A model generated the notes under the pieces. It saw nothing but the letters and a program-made list of their open reading frames with translations. It had not been told where the DNA came from and ran no database searches. This document shows, piece after piece, positions 58,281 to 64,000 of a stretch of 64,000 nucleotides of DNA; position 1 is the stretch's first letter, and every line of letters begins with the position of its first letter. Origin of the DNA: an uncultured delta proteobacterium (GTDB taxonomy: Bacteria > Myxococcota_A > Polyangia > Polyangiales > Polyangiaceae); the NCBI GenBank assembly GCA_963850305.1, contig CAWKKR010000008.1, positions 576,001-640,000 on the forward strand, given 5' to 3'. The position numbers were made by a program, and so were the translations under genes.

Positions 58281-58568
58281 TCAACCGACTTTGCGCGCGG
58301 CCTTTTCACGCCGTTTCCCTTTGCGAACCAGGCCCGCGCGTTCGAACGCCTTCTCCGACTCGTCGCGGGCCGCGCGGATCTCGGCTTCCGTGGCGCCACT
58401 CTCGCGCACCCAGTCCGCGATCATTTCATCGAACGTCTCGGTTGCATTCGCGTCGTCGATCAGGCGCGCGATGTAGTTGCTGACGCTCGGGATCCTCCGG
58501 TCCCTGACGGCCGCCCGAGCCTTTCTAAGGGTGACATCCGGCAGGCTGATCGCGATCTTCCTGGTCAT
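58281..58568 (-). CDS. Ribbon-helix-helix antitoxin (VapB-like)
   Basis: KIAISLP....ARAAV....SVSNYIA; directly upstream of the PIN gene. Confidence 0.8.
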   Translation of the reverse strand: MTRKIAISLPDVTLRKARAAVRDRRIPSVSNYIARLIDDANATETFDEMIADWVRESGATEAEIRAARDESEKAFERAGLVRKGKRREKAARKVG

Positions 58569-58839
58569 ACTGCGAGCATACCACCACTCGAGTCCGCGCG
58601 CTCTCGATCACCGTCGACTGACGCGAGCCTCGGGAGACCAGTGATCGTCGGGGCCGTCGGTCGAGCCGGCGCGGACGCCCTGTGTCGCGTTCGGATGACA
58701 GTCGGGCACCTTGCCAGCGGGCGGGCGAGACGGAAAGGGCCCCGCTCCCACTCTCCGCCGGCTCCCTCCCTCGGCGCGCGCAGCCGTTGCGGCGAGCACG
58801 ACGATTGGGAGGGGCGCGGCGCGCGAAGCGCGCCGGGGG

Positions 58840-58870
58840 TGGGCACCAGATGGGCACCAGGTGGGCACCA
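58840..58870. repeat. Three direct repeats of TGGGCACCA with an 11-nt period
   Basis: Copies at 58840, 58851 and 58862, about 45 nt before the putative -10 box of the ATPase gene. Confidence 0.8.
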
Positions 58871-58928
58871 AGGAACACCGGTGTCGTCGCGGTGGCGGCT
58901 CGTCGCGCTTGCTTGTAGCGTCGCGGGC

Positions 58929-60242
58929 GTGGACGTGGAGCGATTGCGGGCGGACCTCCGGAGTGCGGGCGCGGGGCGCGGCGCGGGGCGCGTGTCGGGC
59001 GTCACTGGCCTCGCACTCACGGCGTCCGTGCCGGGCGGGCGCGTCGGAGACGTCATCGTCGTGCGACGGCGCGGCGAACCGCTACTCGCGGAGGTCGTCG
59101 GATTTCGCGATGGGCTCGTCGTCGCGATGCCGCTCGGCGATACGGCGGGCATCGGGCCCGACGACGCGGTCGAGACGACGGGCGCGCCGCTCGAGGTGCG
59201 CGTCGGACAGCAGTTGCTCGGGCGCGTCGTCGATGGCCTCGGACAGCCGATCGACGGCAAAGGGCCGCTCGGCGGAGAGCCGGTGCCGGTGGAGCGAGCG
59301 GCGCCGCGCGCACTCGCTCGCGAGCGCGTGACGAAGACCATCGCGACGGGCATTCGCGCGATCGACGGCCTCGTGACCCTCGGCGAGGGACAGCGCATCG
59401 GGCTCTTCTCGGGGTCGGGCGTCGGCAAGAGCACGCTGCTCGGCGCGCTCTCGCGAGGCACGGACGCGGACGTGGTCGTCGTCGCGCTCGTCGGGGAGCG
59501 CGGGCGCGAGGTGCGCGAGTTCATCGAGGGGTCGCTCGCCGGCGCACGCGAACGCACCGTCGCGGTCGTCGCGACGAGCGACGCGCCGGCAATCGAACGG
59601 GTGCGTGCCGCGCAAGTGGCCACGACAGTGGCCGAGTCTTTCCGCGACGACGGGCGACGAGTGCTGCTCCTCGTCGATTCGGTGACGCGCGTCGCTCGAG
59701 CGCAGCGAGAGATCGGACTCGCGGTGGGCGAACCTCCGGCGCGCCGCGGCTATCCGCCGAGCGTGTTCGCGATGCTCCCGCGGCTCCTCGAACGCGCGGG
59801 TCAGGGAGCGCGCGGCAGCATCACCGCGATCTACACCGTGCTGGTGGAAGGCGACGACCTGGACGAGCCCATCGCGGACGAAGTACGCGGGATCCTCGAC
59901 GGCCACGTCGTCTTGTCGCGCAGCCTCGCGGCGAAGCACCATCATCCCGCCGTCGACGTGGGCGCGTCGATTTCGCGGGTCATGAGGACCGTCGTCTCGA
60001 GGGAACACGCGGAGGCCGCGGCCGCCGTCCGGCGCCTCGTCGCGACGTGCGAGGAGAAACGCGACCTCGTCGCGCTCGGAGCTCACAAGGAGGGCGCCGA
60101 CGCGTCGGTCGATGCAGCGCTCCGCGCCGAACCCGAGATCCAGCGATTCCTTCGCCAGCGGCCCGAGGAAATGTCGGCCTTCGGTGAAACCGTCGCCGAG
60201 CTCGAGCGCATCGCGGCGAGATACGCGCCGCGACGCTCGTGA
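58929..60242 (+). CDS. FliI/YscN-family type III export ATPase
   Basis: TGIRAIDGL..GEGQRIGLF, GSGVGKS, GERGREV, DSVTR.ARAQREIGLA.GEPP..RGYPPS, RGILDGH. Confidence 0.92.
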   Translation: MDVERLRADLRSAGAGRGAGRVSGVTGLALTASVPGGRVGDVIVVRRRGEPLLAEVVGFRDGLVVAMPLGDTAGIGPDDAVETTGAPLEVRVGQQLLGRVVDGLGQPIDGKGPLGGEPVPVERAAPRALARERVTKTIATGIRAIDGLVTLGEGQRIGLFSGSGVGKSTLLGALSRGTDADVVVVALVGERGREVREFIEGSLAGARERTVAVVATSDAPAIERVRAAQVATTVAESFRDDGRRVLLLVDSVTRVARAQREIGLAVGEPPARRGYPPSVFAMLPRLLERAGQGARGSITAIYTVLVEGDDLDEPIADEVRGILDGHVVLSRSLAAKHHHPAVDVGASISRVMRTVVSREHAEAAAAVRRLVATCEEKRDLVALGAHKEGADASVDAALRAEPEIQRFLRQRPEEMSAFGETVAELERIAARYAPRRS

Positions 60243-60299
60243 CGGTAACGGTTGCGTCGAGAGGCGCGCTCACCTACTCCGTCGAATCAAGGAGACACC

Positions 60300-60878
60300 A
60301 TGCGAACAATCCTGAAATTGGCCGCTGGCACCGGGCTCGCCGCGGCACTCTCGGCAACGACGCTGGCCACTTCCGCGAGCGCGGGCACGTTCGGGGACAA
60401 GGGGACGCTCTCGTTCGGAGTCGATCGGCTGATGGGCATCTACTTCTACGACGAAGACCCGGTGAACGAGACGCTCATCGGGATCGGCGCGAGCGCCCCC
60501 GCGCAGGTGTATACGCAGGCACGGTTCGCGATCGATGGGTTCATCATCGATCACCTCAGCATCGGGGGCTCGTTCGCTTTCTGGAGCTTCGACGAGAAAC
60601 ACGCCGGAAATTACTCCGGGGTCCTCCTTGCGCCACGCGTCGGGTACACGATTCCGTTCAACGACTCGATCGGTTTCTGGCCGCGCGGAGGCTTCACGTA
60701 CAGGAACTTCAACGGGAACGACGAGTTTGCGCTGACGCTCGAAGGGGTGTTTTACGCGTCTCCCATGGACCACTTCGCGATCACGTTCGGCCCCGTCCTG
60801 GATCTCGGCCTCGCCGGCAGCGGCAGCGAGTCGCGGAATTTCGGACTGCTGACGGCTGGGCTCATGGGCTGGATCTGA
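60300..60878 (+). CDS. Outer-membrane beta-barrel protein
   Basis: AAGGAG Shine-Dalgarno, signal peptide, APRVGY, FWPRGG, ends GLMGWI. Confidence 0.8.
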   Translation: MRTILKLAAGTGLAAALSATTLATSASAGTFGDKGTLSFGVDRLMGIYFYDEDPVNETLIGIGASAPAQVYTQARFAIDGFIIDHLSIGGSFAFWSFDEKHAGNYSGVLLAPRVGYTIPFNDSIGFWPRGGFTYRNFNGNDEFALTLEGVFYASPMDHFAITFGPVLDLGLAGSGSESRNFGLLTAGLMGWI

Positions 60879-60891
60879 GGAGCTTTCTTCG

Positions 60892-61800
60892 ATGCGTTCC
60901 CCACGGCTATTTCTCGGCCTCTTTTTTGTTGCTGCGACCATGGGGACGGACGCTTCCGCGTTCACGCACGTGGTGCTGCCGGGCGAGACGCTCGCGTCGA
61001 TCGCCGAGCGTGTCTACGGTCGCATCCAGGAGGAGCAGATCCTGGTCGCCGCGAACGAGCTCGACGTGCAAGGGGGGCTCTCGATCGTGCCGGGCATGCG
61101 CCTGGAGGTCCCGACTGTCTCCTACCGGCGCGTGAAGAAGGGTGACACGTGGCAAACGATGGCCGCCGAGCGGCTGGGTTCGCCCAGGCGCGCGGACGCC
61201 CTCGCCATCGCGAACGGCACGAGCCCCTGGCTGCCCCCGGACGAGGGTGCAGAGATAATCGTGCCGTACAATCTGCGCGTCGTGGCAACGTCGCCGGACA
61301 CCTATCCGCAGGTCGCATACCGTTATCTCGACGACGCGAAGAAGGCGTGGGCGCTCCTCCAGTACAACGACAAGAAGGAAATCGAGATCGCGCGCGGCGA
61401 CACGGTGCTCGTGCCGCTCACGAACCTCCCGCTGACGGCCGAGGGCAAACGCGAGGCCGCCGCAGCCGCCGCCGTGGAGACGACGGAGTCGCAAGGAGAG
61501 ACGCGCACCGCCCAGCACCGGGTCGCGAACGAGATCCCGGCACTGATCGCGGACGTGCGGGACGGCCGTTACGTGGACGCGGTCCGTCGCGGCACCGGAT
61601 TTCTCGCCGTCGCGGGCCTGACGACGCATCAGCTCGCCGAGATCCACCGGCAGTTACTGGAAGCGTACACGGCGCTCGGCACGACGGGACTCGCGGCGGC
61701 CGAGTGCGACGCGCTTCGCAAGGCGGACCCGAACGCTTCGTTCGACCCGATGTGGACCAGCCCCAAGATCCTCGAAGCGTGCCACCACGGCGGCTCGTGA
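60892..61800 (+). CDS. Secreted LysM-domain protein
   Basis: HVVLPGETLASIAERVYG, RVKKGDTW..MA. Confidence 0.85.
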   Translation: MRSPRLFLGLFFVAATMGTDASAFTHVVLPGETLASIAERVYGRIQEEQILVAANELDVQGGLSIVPGMRLEVPTVSYRRVKKGDTWQTMAAERLGSPRRADALAIANGTSPWLPPDEGAEIIVPYNLRVVATSPDTYPQVAYRYLDDAKKAWALLQYNDKKEIEIARGDTVLVPLTNLPLTAEGKREAAAAAAVETTESQGETRTAQHRVANEIPALIADVRDGRYVDAVRRGTGFLAVAGLTTHQLAEIHRQLLEAYTALGTTGLAAAECDALRKADPNASFDPMWTSPKILEACHHGGS

Positions 61801-62720
61801 CGGACGTGCCCCTTCTGCGCGACGCCATCGACTGGGGTCGGCTCGCGCCGCTCCGGTTGCGAGCGCGCGCAGTCGCGGAGGGCGTTTACGCGGGCGCACA
61901 CCGGAGCCGTCGCCGCGGACCCGGCGTCGAGTTCGGTGGTCACAGGATGTACGTCCCGGGGGATGATCTGCGGTTCCTCGATCGACGCGCAACGATGCGT
62001 CACGGCAAGCTCTTCGTGCGCGAGTTCGAGACCGAGACCGATCGAGGACTTCGGCTGATCGTAGATGCTTCGAGCTCGATGGGTTACCGCAGCGCAGACG
62101 CGCCCTGCACGAAGTTCGCGTTCGCCGGGCTCGTCGGAGCGGCGCTCGCGCGCGTCGTGATCGGCGGCGCGGATACGGTATCGCTCGACTGGATCGGCGG
62201 TGCCGACGCACGCTCGCTCGGCGCCGCGGGCGGCATGGAAGCCTTCGATCGCATCGCGGACACGCTGGAAGCAACGCGTCCCGCCGGGGACGTCCTCGAA
62301 GATCCGGGTTCGCTGGATCGCACTTTCGAGCTGGTGTCCAGGCGGGCGCGACGCGGTTCCGTGGTCGTGCTCCTGAGCGACTTTCTGGATCTCCCGGACA
62401 TCGCGGAGGACAGACTAGGGGCGCTCGCCTCCAGAGGACGCTTGGTCGTCGGTCTGCGCGTGCTGGATCCTGCCGAAGCCAATTTCCCGTTCGAAGGGCC
62501 GGTCCGGCTCAGGTCCAGCGAAGGGGGCAAATTCGTCGAGACGGAGGCGGGCGCGGCGCGCGCGGGTTATCTCCGCGCGCTGGCTGGCAAGATGACGCGC
62601 TACCGCGAGAAGCTCATCGGTCAGGGCGGAAGGTTCGTCGAAGCGACGACGCTCGACGATCCGGTCGCGGTCGTGCAGAAGCTGCTCGCGGCTCTCGACG
62701 GCCAGGGAGACGGCGCGTGA
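61797..62720 (+). CDS. DUF58 protein (MoxR-associated)
   Basis: G.HRS...GPGVEF..HR.Y.PGDDLR.LD, REFETET, VDASSSMG, LSDF. Confidence 0.9.
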   Translation: MTDVPLLRDAIDWGRLAPLRLRARAVAEGVYAGAHRSRRRGPGVEFGGHRMYVPGDDLRFLDRRATMRHGKLFVREFETETDRGLRLIVDASSSMGYRSADAPCTKFAFAGLVGAALARVVIGGADTVSLDWIGGADARSLGAAGGMEAFDRIADTLEATRPAGDVLEDPGSLDRTFELVSRRARRGSVVVLLSDFLDLPDIAEDRLGALASRGRLVVGLRVLDPAEANFPFEGPVRLRSSEGGKFVETEAGAARAGYLRALAGKMTRYREKLIGQGGRFVEATTLDDPVAVVQKLLAALDGQGDGA

Positions 62721-64000
62721 CCTTCGTGGTCTGGGCCGCGCTCGCCATCGCGGGGTTCGTCGTCGGCCCGGTGGTCGCGCATCTGCTTCGCCGCGGGCGC
62801 GCGACGGAACGCGAGTTTCCCGCGGCGGCGCTCGTGCCTTCCATGACGAGCACCGCGCGCCAGCGAAGCCGGCTCGAGGATTGGCCGCTGCTCGTCATCC
62901 GGTCCGCGATGATCGTCGGGCTGGCGGTCCTCGGCGCCATGCCGCTCGTGCGGTGTGATCGGCTGTCGCTCGCACGCGCTTCGGGCGCCTCCGTCGCACT
63001 CGCCCTGGTCGTGGATGATTCGCTCAGCATGCGCGAGAGTTCGCCGCGCGGGGCGTCGCGGTGGGACCTCGCCGTGAGTGGTGCCTCCGAGCTCCTCGGT
63101 TCGGCGCGTGAGGGCGATGCGGTGACGATCGTGCTGGCGGGGCGGCCCGCGCGCATGGCGCTCGCTCCCACGACGGATCTCGCGGCCGCAAGGCGAGCGC
63201 TCAGGGAGCTCCGCCCGTCCGATCGCGCGACGGACCTCGTCGCGGCCGTCGAGCTCGCGCGGACTGCGATTCACTCACTGCCTCAAAAAGATCACCGGGT
63301 CGTGCTCCTGAGCGATCTCGCCGGGGAGCCCATCCCCGACGGGGTGCCCGCCGTCGCAACGCCCCTCGCGGAGCTGACGAAACCCGCGGCGGATTGCGGC
63401 ATCTCGTCGGCGACGCGAAAGGGGACCAAGATCGCCGTCGCCGTCGCATGCTCCTCGGACACAGCAGCAGTGGGGCGGACCGTCGAGCTCGTCGTCGCGG
63501 AGGCGCGTTCGAGCGGGGCTGCGGACGGCGGCGCGCCGCGTACCGCGGGCGACGTGGTCACTCAAGTACCGCTGGCGGCTCGCGGCGGCGAACAATCGGT
63601 GGAGCTCCCCGTCGACGGCGCAAACGCGACCTTCGACGTGCGACTCACGGGCGCCGACACGTCGAAGCACGACGACGAGGCCGCCGTCTCGGAAACGTCG
63701 AGCGTGCCCGTGGTCGCCGTCGTGGCGGATCCCACCGATTCGAGCGCGAAGACCGGCGGCGCCACGGTCGCGGAGCAGGCGCTGAACGCGCTCGCGGAGG
63801 GGTGGACCGTGCGGCCACTGCCCTTCATCCCCGATGACGAGAAGGGCCTGGACGCTTTCGGCGCGCTCGTCGTCGATGATCCGCGCGGGTTTTCGCCGGA
63901 AGCGCGCGCGACATTCGCACACTTCCTGGAACGTGGGGGCGTCGCGCTCGCGCTCCTCGGTCCGCGTTCGGCGAGCACGGAGCTTGGCGGCACGCTCGAG
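62717..64000 (+). CDS. BatA + VWA domain membrane protein (partial)
   Basis: P...HLLRR.....FP BatA motif, LL.IR, VVDDSLSM MIDAS, VVLLSD; open to the window end. Confidence 0.85.
   Translation, partial: MTFVVWAALAIAGFVVGPVVAHLLRRGRATEREFPAAALVPSMTSTARQRSRLEDWPLLVIRSAMIVGLAVLGAMPLVRCDRLSLARASGASVALALVVDDSLSMRESSPRGASRWDLAVSGASELLGSAREGDAVTIVLAGRPARMALAPTTDLAAARRALRELRPSDRATDLVAAVELARTAIHSLPQKDHRVVLLSDLAGEPIPDGVPAVATPLAELTKPAADCGISSATRKGTKIAVAVACSSDTAAVGRTVELVVAEARSSGAADGGAPRTAGDVVTQVPLAARGGEQSVELPVDGANATFDVRLTGADTSKHDDEAAVSETSSVPVVAVVADPTDSSAKTGGATVAEQALNALAEGWTVRPLPFIPDDEKGLDAFGALVVDDPRGFSPEARATFAHFLERGGVALALLGPRSASTELGGTLE

Noticed and set aside
57987..58928. 314-aa N-terminal extension of the FliI/YscN ATPase
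   Set aside because: Overlaps the antisense PIN/RHH pair; ATPase similarity begins near GTG58929.

Overview
High-GC (roughly 70% by eye) bacterial chromosome segment, very probably from a myxobacterium of the Polyangiaceae/Sorangium type. This is suggested by Ser/Thr kinase-TPR/PEGA cassettes, a TIGR02266-type PilZ protein, an AgmX/PglI-C-like protein and many Gly/Ser-rich Cys lipoproteins. The left part holds a 21-nt periodic repeat tract, tsaD, a 1369-aa TPR/HEAT protein, aguB-aguA, fabF, DAHP synthase, a quinone oxidoreductase and tRNA-Leu(TAG). After the tRNA comes an accessory patchwork: a diadenylate-cyclase-like (DAC) gene, a hemerythrin, a truncated spermidine-synthase-like gene, an integrase remnant, a tri-heme cytochrome c fused to a YeeE/YedE transporter plus a second YeeE/YedE gene, a SET protein, a kinase cassette, surface lipoproteins, a GH128 glucanase, a Met-rich repeat lipoprotein and a second DAC gene. 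The centre has a homolog of fungal sphingolipid C9-methyltransferase, a pseudokinase cassette, a BtuFCD-like ABC transporter and a cobalamin-riboswitch operon (TonB-dependent receptor plus three lipoproteins). The right part has intact and decayed toxin-antitoxin modules, TauE/DUF1634, an FAD oxidoreductase, an orphan FliI/YscN ATPase and LysM-DUF58-BatA/VWA genes. About 15 start codons sit 6-10 nt after a TANNNT box with no evident Shine-Dalgarno, suggesting widespread leaderless transcription. At least seven genes carry single-base frameshifts, most likely long-read consensus errors. All family assignments come from motif recognition by eye; no searches were run.
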